NCBI GenBank assembly: GCA_012026655.1
Contig: JAAILG010001137.1
Coordinates: 1-64,000 of the forward strand
Reading direction: 5' to 3'
Origin: Hydrolagus affinis
Taxonomy: Eukaryota
DNA: 64,000 nucleotides
Below the pieces are notes generated by a model. The model was not told where the DNA came from and did no database searches. It saw nothing but the letters and a program-made list of their open reading frames with translations. A program made the position numbers and the translations under genes. Shown piece by piece: positions 51,401 through 62,542 of the stretch (position 1 is the stretch's first letter; every line of letters starts with the position of its first letter).

Positions 51401-54400
51401 AAACAAGGGAAAGAGAAAATAGACGGTAAAAATTGAAACAAGAAATAAAAAAACACGAAAAAGAGGATAGAGTTAAGAGGGATCGATTTGTTGCTGTGTG
51501 GAGCTCCATCTAGCTCACTGATCCAGAATTGCCAAAGCACGAACAATGAGCTACGCCAAGTTGACATGTCATTCATCGCTGGGGATCCAACCTCAGGGCC
51601 TGTGACTGTAAGTTCAGTGCTCTTCAACTGAAGCTGCTAAGCTGACCTGTGGGTCAAATATTTCAGAAATTCTGTCCATGTTTGACAACTGATTTTTTTT
51701 TAAAAAAACGCAATAGAAGTTATTTCAGGACTGATAATGTTCCGATTCTCATAATCGCTTCCCTAATAACCGCTATAATATGCACAGTGTTATAAAAATC
51801 CAATATTTTCCCACTGATTTTTAAAATCAAATCACATTAATTAGATACACACATATATACACACAAGTTATCAATGTTAGCAGTGTTGTGAGAGACTGTC
51901 TCAAAAACATGAGATATTACAGCGTATCACAACCTGCACAGACAACCTTGATAATAAGACTAGGGCAAGGAACCTTGTTCATAACTATGTTATATCAATG
52001 AGCACCTCACATTGGTTGGGTCAAGGTTTGAACTATAAGACCTCCAGCAATAGCACCAGACACAAACTATTTATTGTGTTTTTAATAGGGATTATTGCAT
52101 GCGTGAAGAATGTTTACGATTTTCCATTAGGTCAGATGATTTCACTTCAGGCACGGCCAGTTTCCACATTGAAATCCCCCTCTTGATATTGCTTAATGAC
52201 AATTTTACATCACGCCTTTCAACTCTGCGTATTTCCACCTTCGCAAACATGGTGGAGCTGTTTAGATAACACTTAGCTCCACAACTCCCCGCAGCGCAAA
52301 AAGATCCGAGTCGCGGGTCTACGAAGGAGCATTGCAATTAGCCACTTTACTTCCGTGCGATAGATTTATAAACTGGATCCCACAACCACAAACGAAACCT
52401 GCACGGCAGAGATACAGCAATGTTTGGTGAGGAGGAAGTCAGTTTGTTATTGGACTCTGGTGATAAACTTCACATTGCTCTATCGCCGTGATACCATTCC
52501 ATCTATCTCAATAACAGTGGTACCAACAATAAAACAATGATCTGGCTTTCGTTAGAAAGGGAGTGAGTTTTCTGCAATGATGTGACTCACTCACCCTTGT
52601 TGTTTTACAGGGTGTTTCATCTTAGTTCGCATGGAATGTACAAGGAGTCAAACTCCCACTTCTCGCCATTGATGTAACATAGTTGTAAACAAGGTTCCTT
52701 GCCCATTGTTACTTGGCAGCACATGTTTTGACGAAAGTCACACAAAATTATTGATGACAATACTGACGGGCTTCCCAGCATAAAGTTCATTCACCTGTCT
52801 CACAATAAACATTACACAGAGCACTGAACTGTCCGTAAGTCTTATTACAGTTCATCCCTAAAACTATTGGGCAGCTAAAAAGGAAGGGCATTCACTCAAA
52901 ATCTAGCATTATTCATATTGCATTATCCGCAACTGTTCATTACAGGTTAGGAATCTAATACAGCTCGCAATTAGAAAATTCTGCATGTTTATTGTGGAAG
53001 TAAACAGGCCAGTTCATTTAGTCTTCCAACACAATTGGCGCATTATAAAATCCTAATGTACTGGAACGGGTTGGCAACAGAAAGCAATGAGTATTTAGAT
53101 CATCTTTTTATCTCAATCTGATTTCCTCCTTGAAGCTTAATTAACGGATTGATTAAAAAACACAATATAAAGGCTTTGGAAAGCCAAACAATGATTGGAT
53201 CATTCGTCTCAAGCAATACAAGGTTAACCTAATGTGGATTTCATCCATCTCCTGGGGAAAACTGATTGATGTTCCTCAACCCTAAAATCTAATGAAATAG
53301 AGATCTCCAGAATACTCATCCTCTCACACATTAATACAGTTTAAATCTGGTCTGTCTCCCTCCATAGGCAACATTCCCTCCCATCCCCCAGCCTCAGCAA
53401 CACATAAATTATTGTATCCTGTGTTGTTCTGTTTTAGTCTACACAATCCCTTGTAACCTTCAACAATGTTCTCAAACAGTCACTGTACTTATCTAGTTCT
53501 TTATTGTGAAAGCATTTTGATCAACTGAGTTTATTGGAAGCTTATTCCGCCTATTCTAGCCTCCTTAAATCTGTGACATCTGTGCTTCTCATTGTTTTAA
53601 AGACACTGATTTTATCCTATTCTCAATTCCCAATTTTTTTTTAGTAAGTCAACTCTTTAAGTATTTCCTTCCAGATCTAGCTCCTAGAATCATCCTAATA
53701 GTTCTTCCTTAAACAATGACTGTCCAGCCCCTTGGGACGTCCTCCTGATGTGAAAGACGTTTTTCAAGTTGTTGTTTTTGTTGTTGTACAAATGTAATTT
53801 TGTTGCTGTTATTGTTAAACTCGCCAGTGCTTTCATATTCTCTGAAAATGTACTGTCTTTTTCGTTCAAGTGTCGTCACAATAGTGATGTAGATGGCGTA
53901 AGGATAATGTATTTGCTTTCAACTCACGTACCTTCATTTGATGACTAATGATGACACATGATGAAATATTTCATGAGTGTTGTTGATAAGAGCTTTTTTT
54001 ATATATAGATTTGAAGCACTCAAGAAATGACGAAATGTTCTTTAGACTTTATTTTGCTTTGTGTACGGGTTTGTTATCAACTGAATCTACTCATTGCCTC
54101 ACTGCAAAAAACACCGATCAAGCAAATTGTTATTCGGGCTCCAATTATTTATTTAAAAATTTCAACTTGATCAAAAGAATGACAAAGCTGATCAAAAGAT
54201 TTTGAAATTATTCAGCATTTAATTCAGATATCGATAAATGATGTATTCACACACGTGCCTTGCAATATAGCTCATTGGATCGGCTGAATTTGAGCATATA
54301 TTGCAATGTCAGTGGCTTTGAGTGCTGTTATAATGTTTATATCAATTCCACAGTACACAAGTTGATCAGTACTCACTAGGAATGGAATTATCAGCCCAGA

Positions 54401-54659
54401 GTGTCTGCTCTTGAAAGCTACCAGTGACCTCTGCTGGCAGTTCACCTGCACTGATCTTATCCTCGTAAAAGTGCAAGAAACAGCAAGGATTTTTTTAAAA
54501 ATGACAAACATTCAAAGATAAACTGCCCCGTGAAGGTTAAACCAATACACCAAGGGCATTTAATACTCTGCTTGTGTGAAACCGTAGATACTTCTCTATG
54601 AGGGACTTCCCGGTTTTGAGGATGGGATGGAACAATTACTCAGGAGTGTAATTACTCAA

Positions 54660-57545
54660 AAAAACTACAATAATAAAAAAAATTAGGTCATTTCAATCCA
54701 CGACTGTTTGTGGGGGGACACTGCTGTGCACAATTGGCTGCCGCGTTTCGCCCACAATATATACAGTCAATTCACTTTACAATATATTCTGTGAAGCGCT
54801 TTGAGACGTCGATAAGACGTGAAAAGCGTTATATCAAATGCAAGGATTATTATTACTATTATTATTACTCAAGAGAATGTACAGTAGAAGCACGACTATA
54901 CGCCAGTTGTGCAGCAAAAGATGTTCTGCAGAGCTCTTCAGTGGTTAGACCACTCACCTTACAAGCGAGAAACCTGGGTTTGATTCCCGGCAGGACGAAA
55001 TCTTGGGCAAGTTTCCTTACTCCACACGCCTGATAATAATCCCTCAAAAAATAATACAATCGGTCAATTCAATCCACGACTGTTTGTGGGGACACTGCTG
55101 TACGCAATTGGCTGACGCGTTTCGCCCACAAATACGCACTCAATTCACTTTACAGTTTATTCTGTGAAGCGCTTTGAGACACCTAGAAGACGTGAAAAGC
55201 TCTGTATCAGATTCAAGGATTATTGTAATTATTATTATTATTATTCCTTTGCCAAGCAGCCACATCAAGTTTATCTTTCTCTGGTATTTATACAGAATCG
55301 ATGCGAGTGTCACCAACCCGTTTGTTGTGTACAGACTACCATCTAGTGGCCAACAACAACAACAAAATTATATTTGTATAGCACCTTTGGTAATGGTCAG
55401 GACAATGAGGCGGAGATTACCTATGTCAAGACGTTGAGCCCTTAACAGAGAAACTACTTGAACAGGTAAACAGCATCCAAACGCTTTGAAAGCGTTCAAT
55501 AGATCGCTCACAGCAGCTCTCCGATAATACCAAACCTCGAATTATAATAATAATAATCCTTGCATTGGAAATAGCGCTTTTCACGTCTTCTAGACGTCTC
55601 AAAGCGCTTCACAGAAAATACTGTAAAATGAATTGACTGTGTATTTGTGGGAGAAACACGGCAGCCAATTGTGCACAGCAGCGTCCCCACAAACAGTCGT
55701 GGATTGAAATGACCAATTTATTATTGTCAGCCCCTTCCCCACATAAAGGCCACTATATAAATGTATGTTGCTGCTTTTGGCAGATTTTATGAGGCTTAAT
55801 TAAATTTGTCAGCAAATTTAATTAAGGAGTGAGGTTCAGCTCGTGTATAAAAGCACCCTTCCCTTGATGTGTGAATACATTGAAGAACCACAAGGTTAAA
55901 GTGTTTTGTTTCCTGGTCTGTGCTAGTTATGTCAGTTGGTCTGTGAATTGTTTCTGCTTCTAAATGTTATCCAGTAACTCTTTGTTTGAAAGTGTGTGGT
56001 GTAGGTACAGCGTAGGTAAGAATGAGGTTTGTTTGCTCAGTCAAACAGTTGATTGACACTTAATGAAGAATAATATTATTGAGAAATAATAATAATAATT
56101 TTAATAATAATCCTTGCATTTTTTATAAAGCATTTTCACATCTTCTAGACGTCTCAAAGCACTTCGCAGAATGTATCACAGAATGTAATATACAGTAAAG
56201 TGAATTGACTATATATTTGTGTGCGAAACGCGGCAGCCAATTGCACACAGCAGTTTCCCACAAACACTCATGGTTTGAAATGATCAATTCTAATATTGTT
56301 TTTAGTTTTGGAAGGATTATTATTAGGCGTAAGTGTGGAGTAAGTAAACTTGCCCAAGGTTTTGCCATGACCTGCCTGGATTCGAACATAGTTCTCACGC
56401 TTGTAAAGGAGAGTGCTTTAACCATTGAGCTACAGGACTCCAATGTGACGTATAGTGACTGGATCATTCGAATGTTACAAAGGACCATTTTCCAACCTTA
56501 ATATCTTGCCTTTCTCTCTATGAGGATCCCGAAAGAATTTCCCAAGCAACTTTTCTGTGCAAAAATCAGAAGTCAATGACCTTTTTATTATTTTCAATCA
56601 AAAATACAATACATCGTGTGGATGATTCCCCCAAAACATTGCTCAAGCTTGAAATTTCTGTACAACAAGGCGCCTGAAAATTACAAATCGATACCAGGAA
56701 AAGAGAACAAAAGACACAATAAGATCTTTGTTTTTCTCACAACCCACACTCGTATCATTTCACACATCTTGCGTCAAAAGAAAGTACGGAAGGCTAAAAA
56801 AAACGTATCAAAATGTAAACATTTATAAGGCTGTATCTTGGCACTATTCTGGGATCACAATCCTATAAAGAGAAAATGAGAAACACCTTTCGACAGTTAC
56901 CCTCCCCCCCTCGTTCCATTTCATCTTGGCTTCTGCTCTGAAAGCGAAAGTCAACTTCTCTTTCCGCATTAAAAAAAACATACCCCTGGGTGCGGTTGCC
57001 TCACCAAAGTGGCCAATGTTCACTTCTGTTCTTAGACAGTGACGGCCAACAAGCCACTTGACTGTAAAGGGTGACCCAATGGAGCCTGACCTCTCCCAAC
57101 CCAACCCAACCGCAACACACACACACACACACACTACACACACACATAACCAGTAAAGGGTGTTGCAGAGAAACTTGGAGCCTGAATCCTGGTTGGTTGA
57201 CCGACCATTCACCACATCCCCCCCAAAAATAAAAAGATTCACATCCAACAAGATAATAATAATAATATCATCATCACAATAACCCTTGCACTTGACATAG
57301 CTAGCGCCTTGTCACATTGTTGAGACGTCTCAAAGCGATTCACAGGATAAACTAGTCAAGTGAAATGACTGTATTTTGTGATTGAAATGATCGCCTAACA
57401 CTTCATCACTTTAATGCTACGGTTACACTGTAATAATAAATTATAACAATTCCTTGCATTTGATATTGCGCTTTATCGCGTTCTTCGAGACGTCACAAAG
57501 CCCGTCACAGGATATACCGCAAAGTGAATTGACTGTACATTTGGT
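54660..57545. mobile_element. Dense SINE cluster: 54660-54868 (+), 54931-55244 (+, GATTCCCGG subfamily), 55541-55725 (-), 56086-56440 (-, full), 57255-57390 (-), 57430-57545 (-)
   Basis: Each matches the SINE consensus. Confidence 0.88.
55336..55352 (-). promoter_or_regulatory. CTCF-like motif TGGCCACTAGATGGTAG
   Basis: One mismatch from the core consensus. Confidence 0.45.
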
Positions 57546-57664
57546 GGCCGACTTTTTATACCTATTGACGATAAAGTACTGACAGAGTTTCGGCAGCTAA
57601 TAGTGAGGGCTACAATCACACTGCACACATGCAGTGGAGAAAGGAGCCACATCTCATACGATTG

Positions 57665-57990
57665 CAATCAATCAATCAATCAATCACAATTACATTTATA
57701 TACAACTTTTCATGTCGGGAGGACGTCCCAAGGTGCTGAACAGTCAGGTAGGGACCAGAGCAGGGGGGTGAAAGTGGTCGGGGGTAGGGGGAAGAAGAGT
57801 AGGAAAATTGACTGTATATTTGTGGGCGAAACGCAGCAGCCAAATTGCGCACAACAGTGTCCCACAAACAGTCGTGGAAGTGGGATTAGGGGAGAGAGGG
57901 GGTAAAGAGGGCAAGGGGAGGGGTCGGGGTAGGGGGAAGGAGAGCAGGAAAATCGACTGTGTATTTGTGGGTGAAACGTGGCAGCCAAAT
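57665..57990 (-). mobile_element. SINE-body/L2-3'UTR chimera with the junction present twice
   Basis: Units at about 57776-57846 and 57921-57990; L2 tail followed by (GATT)n. Confidence 0.75.
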
Positions 57991-58130
57991 AGCCGTAGCA
58001 TTAGGAAGTTCCAATAGCAAAACAAAGCTACTTTTTAGAGGTGATCTATATGTCTCCTATTACCCACGTGAAGGCGACAGGTTCATATTGCCTTTGGCAT
58101 GTTCACAAAGGATCTATTTTCAGACGAGCT

Positions 58131-58136
58131 TTTAAT
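58131..58136 (-). terminator. Candidate polyadenylation signal (ATTAAA on minus strand) for the BAX-like gene
   Basis: TTTAAT on + strand about 375 nt past the stop. An AATAAA alternative lies at about 56584-56589. Confidence 0.3.
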
Positions 58137-58511
58137 GCAGCTGTTTTGATGGCACCAATGAGGAAGGAAGTACATTTGTTGTGAGTTTTAAAACGGTAGC
58201 AAGTTTGAAGAGCAACAACAACACACAAAAATAATTTATCACGAAAAAAAAATTAGGATAATGAACTGTCCCGACATTCTGCAAGTTCATTATTAGCAAT
58301 TCTGTTCCACATAGCAACAACAAAATACAACAAAATTTACATTGACAGAGCACCTTTCACGTTGGGAGGACGTCCCAAGGCGCTGAAACATAGCCAAGAG
58401 GTCAGTGTGGACTCCAGCTGAGAACTGATTAACACCAATGAGTGGCAACATACCCCACAAACAGTAGTAAACAAATTTTGAAAGGAGATAGAACGTAGAG
58501 TCTTTGCACAG

Positions 58512-58613
58512 TTAGGTTAGTTTCATCATAGCCAAAACACTGGTGATGATGCTAGCTGAAAGGACTGCAAACACCTGCCAGGTTGGAGTCCCGAAGTAGG
58601 AATAAATATTCTC
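58512..58613 (-). CDS. BAX: BAX-like exon 6, C-terminal membrane anchor (ENIYSYFGTPTWQVFAVLSASIITSVLAMMKLT*)
   Basis: SYFGTPTWQ is identical to BAX; T-rich tract then AG| acceptor; TAA stop at 58512-58514. Confidence 0.96.
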   Translation of the reverse strand, partial: ENIYSYFGTPTWQVFAVLSASIITSVLAMMKLT

Positions 58614-61600
58614 CTAAAAAAAACAAAAACAGAAATGAGGTTTCCAATGAAAACTTACCGCAATCGCTTAACAAAATCCAGTCCCTGAAACCCGATGATG
58701 AGCGATATCAAGAGAGTTACAGTTAAGCAGGAAATCATTTCTAAAGATCTGTCGGATATTTGATGGAAAATAAAACCTCCAGTTTATATTAAAATACCCG
58801 CCTCGCGATGTCGTTACATTCACTCCCCAGCCACAAGGCTGGATAGGTGACCCTCATGCTTTTAAAAGGAGCAACTTGCACTTATAAACTCACATCCTAC
58901 CAAGCTAAGCCAAAGTACTGCATTACCATTCAATTAACCGCTCAAAGAGCTAATGTACCACTCATGCTCTGAAACATATCTGATTACTCACCCAACCTCC
59001 TTGTTGCTGAATCCATGGAATCGCGCGGTTTTGGATAAATTCCAAGGACCAATTCATAATAGACTGGATCAATCCTCTCAGATTTTTTATCAGTGCCTAG
59101 AAAAGGATGGCAAAGTTATTCAGAGGGATGCTGATTATCTGCCCACACATGATTTCGATTATTGTGAAGCTCCTGTGGCTTAGTGGTTAGAGCACTCGCC
59201 TTACAAGCGAGAGGCGTGTGTTCGAAGCCAGGAGGGTCAGGGCGAAACCTTGGGCAAGTTTCCTTACTCCACACACACGCCTAATAATAATCCCTCAAAA
59301 AAACACAATAATAAAATTGGTCATTTCAATCCACGACTGTTTTTGGGGACACTGCTGGGCGCAATTGGCTGCCGTTTTTTGCCCACAAATATACAGTCAA
59401 TTCACTTTACAGTATATTCTATGAAGCACTTTGAGACATCTAGAAGATGTGAAAAGCGCTATATCAAATGCAAGGATTATTATTATAATATTATTATTGC
59501 CAAGTGATTTAATCTGCGGGTTGTAAAGTCCTCTTTTGTAAGTTTATTCTCGCCTTGCTTTGCGGTAGTTACTGTTAAGGCTAGGGGTTGTATTTGAAAG
59601 TGAACACAGCAGCCCATATGCACACAATCTCACACAAACAGCCAGGAGGAAAAATGCTCAATTTAACAGGAGGTCACGGAGAGAAACATTCTTTACAAAT
59701 AGTTTTACAGAGTTTCTGCCACATGTGCTAACCTACACCATCACTGAGTGGAATTCGAAATAAAAGTGAAATACGATTAACCAAACATGAGATGGAAATA
59801 TAATTCAGACCAAGCGCAGTTCTGTTTGCTTTCAAAATTATTAAATGGTAAACATTGCATACCCACTTTGCATCCTGGCTTTAATTCATATAAGCTTTAT
59901 TGCAGAACAATTTTGTACACACAGGAATAACTAGATATTGAACTAGAGGTAAATTTATCAGGCAACAACTTATGTGTAAAGTATCATGCAAGAATTTATA
60001 TGTATTGCCGCCTTCAAGATCCGTCTCAAACATTGATTGTCCAGCGCCTTGCGACGTCCTCCCAACGTGAAAGGTGATGTACAAACATAATTTATCATTG
60101 TTGCTATAACACATAATAGTACATTGTGCTTGCCGACGTTGATTCACGTTACCTTGTAAATAAGTTTACCCGCAAAGTAGAAAAGGGCCACAATTCTTCC
60201 CCAGTTCAATTCATCAGCAATGATCTTTCCGGCCACTTGATACAAAACATCTCGGGCAGAATCGATAGGAATGTTGTCAATCAGGCTGCGAGCAGAAAAC
60301 ATCGCTGTTAGATAAAGCCATTCTCAATCACCTGGTGCTATTTCAGTCTCGAAATTTGCTAGGAATGTTCGCTGGGTCTCTAAGGTAGTACATTATCCAT
60401 TGGAATGCACTGCAAGTAACCTAAACTATATATCCCCTTCGTCTGGGACATGGTTCACACCAACAATTTGTCCGTGATCATGATCTTTCTCGGTAACAGA
60501 GGTTTCTAGGAAAGACAATGGGACATTTTGTTTCTCCTTTCACTTCCAGTCACATTACAGCATTGCACTAAGGTGAGTCAGTTCATCACGTGGAAGCAGC
60601 CAAGAATGCATACAACACAGCTTCTCTCCCAGTTCCGCCACATTTGCCCGTCTCCATCAATACCTCACCCCCAAAAGCCTCCGCTCCACCATCAGCGGGT
60701 GTGCTTTCAGCCACAAGGTCCCAAAGTTTGGAACTCCCTCCCTCACCACCTCCTTCCCCATCTTTCGCCCACTAGTGTACAGTCAATTCACTTTACAGTG
60801 TATTCTGTGAAGCGCTTTGAGACGTCTAGAAGACGTGAAAAGCGCTATATCAAATGCAAGGATAATTTATTATATTATTATCTTCCTTTTCAACCATGCC
60901 TAAGGTCACCCTGATGTTTAATCACTGATTAAGCACGTTTTACAATGAAACTCATAATAAGTGACTTCAAGCTTTTTTATTGTTCGATCACATACCGCTG
61001 CAGTTCAACATTACTGTTCAGTTGATCACCAATTGTCCTCAAACACTGGGTGACTTTCTTGATATTCGGATCATCAATCTCACTCTGAGTGCCGCCCAGA
61101 TCCTCAGGACTCAGTGAAATTTGTGGATTTTCTTCGTGGATAGTCTCTAGCACAAACCTTCACAACAGTAAAACAGGTAGATCAAATTAGCTACATCCAT
61201 TGCCGACACCAGTCGGGCTGAATGGCCTGAACATTGTTCGCTGTACGTCCTTTGTAAAAATTTCTACCTTGTTAGCGTTTATGCTCATTCGTACACGCGA
61301 GGCTTCCAACAAAATAGGCTGACAGATACAGAATGGCACAGAATGGAAAGAGGAACCGCCCTTGTATAGCAAAGAATAAAGCAACGTAAACAGATGCCTG
61401 AAAACTGCTGGAATGACGTAAATGAAAGAAGAGTTCAGAATGATGGAATTATCAGGAACTTACTGACCTGCGCATGAGCACTGCAGTTTGTCTCTGAAGA
61501 ATCGCATCCGAGGAATCTGAAACAATTCATACACAGGCAAATTAATTACTGTCTGCATTTATAATAATAATAATACGTGCATTTCATATAACGGCTTATC

Positions 61601-62542
61601 ACGTCGTTGCGACGTCTCAAAGCGTTTCGCAAACTATACTGTATAGTGAATCGACTGTGTATTTTGTGGTCGAAATGTGGCTCACCGACAGAAGGTTATG
61701 ACTTCAGATTTTTGGCATTCACACAATGGGAAATAACTTGGGACAGAGACAATCTGATCACAGCTCTGTATCTTGGAATATTTAGTCTTTCTTTGTAAGA
61801 AAAGGTCGGCGGCTGTCGACCTGGAATCCTCAAAAAATGAAGGTTGATCTCAACAGCAAATTCCAAAATTAATTGTTTTCATTTAAAATTTTATCCACAT
61901 TTGACCACAAAATGTCAACAGTGACCACAATTGGCAACAGTGCCCTGGGAAGTGCTTTTCGACATGTTAAAATGTGCTGTATCAATCTCGGGGTTCATCA
62001 CAAATATACAGTATCAGGAATCGATTGAGATCAATAATGCTACAGTACTCAACGGGAGTGCACTTTGAGTAGGAACTGCTCCCTTGGGCCTCTCCTTTGA
62101 GAAGCTGTCTCTTTAATTAAAAAAATACAGTACACGTTTCGCCCCCGCCCCCCACAAACATGTAGTCAATTCATGTTACAGCAAGTTCTGTGAAACGCTT
62201 TGAGACTTCTAGAAGATGCGTTAAGGCGCGACATCAATTGCAAGGATTATTACAATATTATGAGGATTATAATATAATATTTAAGACCCAAGGTGACACT
62301 GTGATCCAGTGTACAGATCAGTGGCGGGCATTTACTTGACACAAAAACACTCGTCCATGTCACCCAGCAAACATTTGTTGAATCCTGTAATAAGACTGTA
62401 GTTGTCACTTTGCCCCCCACCTGCTCAACACAGGTCCAATCTGATCTATTAAGCATTTGCTGCCATTGTTACCTGGACTTGGTTCACCTTCCTCTCGACT
62501 TAATCTTCCATCAGCATCGCTTCCTCTGTTGAAACTTGCCAT
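58512..62542 (-). CDS. BAX: BAX-family (Bcl-2-associated X-like) pro-apoptotic gene, 6 coding exons: 62473-62542, 61468-61516, 60996-61157, 60153-60285, 58992-59096, 58512-58613; 206 aa
   Basis: Spliced translation: MASFNRGSDADGRLSREEGEPSPDSSDAILQRQTAVLMRRFVLETIHEENPQISLSPEDLGGTQSEIDDPNIKKVTQCLRTIGDQLNSNVELQRLIDNIPIDSARDVLYQVAGKIIADELNWGRIVALFYFAGKLIYKALIKNLRGLIQSIMNWSLEFIQNRAIPWIQQQGGWENIYSYFGTPTWQVFAVLSASIITSVLAMMKLT*. All introns are GT-AG and the frame is continuous (70+49+162+133+105+102 = 621 nt). The family is certain; the paralogue (BAX vs baxb-like) is not. Confidence 0.93.
58992..59096 (-). CDS. BAX: BAX-like exon 5 containing BH2 (WIQQQGGW)
   Basis: ALIKNLRGLIQSIMNWSLEFIQNRAIPWIQQQGGW; acceptor ccttttctAG|, donor TGG|GTGAGT; 105 nt. 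Confidence 0.97.
59168..59498 (+). mobile_element. Full-length SINE in BAX-like intron 4 (antisense to the gene)
   Basis: Head, body and tail. Confidence 0.92.
60153..60285 (-). CDS. BAX: BAX-like exon 4 containing BH1 (LNWGRIVALFYFAGKLIYK)
   Basis: NWGR signature plus VALFYFA; acceptor ttttctgctcgcAG|, donor AAG|GTAACG; 133 nt. Confidence 0.97.
60680..60880 (+). mobile_element. L2 ORF-end fragment followed by a SINE 3' half (60763-60880) in BAX-like intron 3
   Basis: ...GCTTTCAGCC...TGGAACTCCCTCCC then TTTCGCCCAC...GCAAGGATAATT. Confidence 0.8.
60996..61157 (-). CDS. BAX: BAX-like exon 3 containing BH3 (KKVTQCLRTIGDQLNSNVELQR)
   Basis: Matches BAX BH3 KKLSECLKRIGDELDSNMELQR; acceptor gtgaAG|, donor CG|GTATGT; 162 nt. 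Confidence 0.95.
61468..61516 (-). CDS. BAX: BAX-like exon 2 (DSSDAILQRQTAVLMRR, start of helix 1)
   Basis: Acceptor tgtttcAG|, donor CAG|GTCAGT, 49 nt, phase 1 to 2. Positionally equivalent to human BAX exon 2 (SSEQIMKTGALLLQG). Confidence 0.85.
62473..62542 (-). CDS. BAX: BAX-like exon 1 (MASFNRGSDADGRLSREEGEPSP, phase 1)
   Basis: ggaATGG Kozak context, in-frame TGA just upstream, donor CAG|GTAACA. Phase 1 fits exon 2. Low sequence conservation, so this is the least certain exon. Confidence 0.72.

Noticed and set aside
58655-58760. Hydrophobic mini-ORF MISCLTVTLLISLIIGFQG with a strong CG|GTAAGT donor in BAX-like intron 5
   Set aside because: The donor is only ~46 nt from the exon 6 acceptor, too short for a normal vertebrate intron, and the frame does not join exon 5
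59168-59245. Apparent tRNA-Val(TAC) genes at SINE heads
   Set aside because: Incomplete acceptor and T stems, always fused to the SINE body, and divergent between copies
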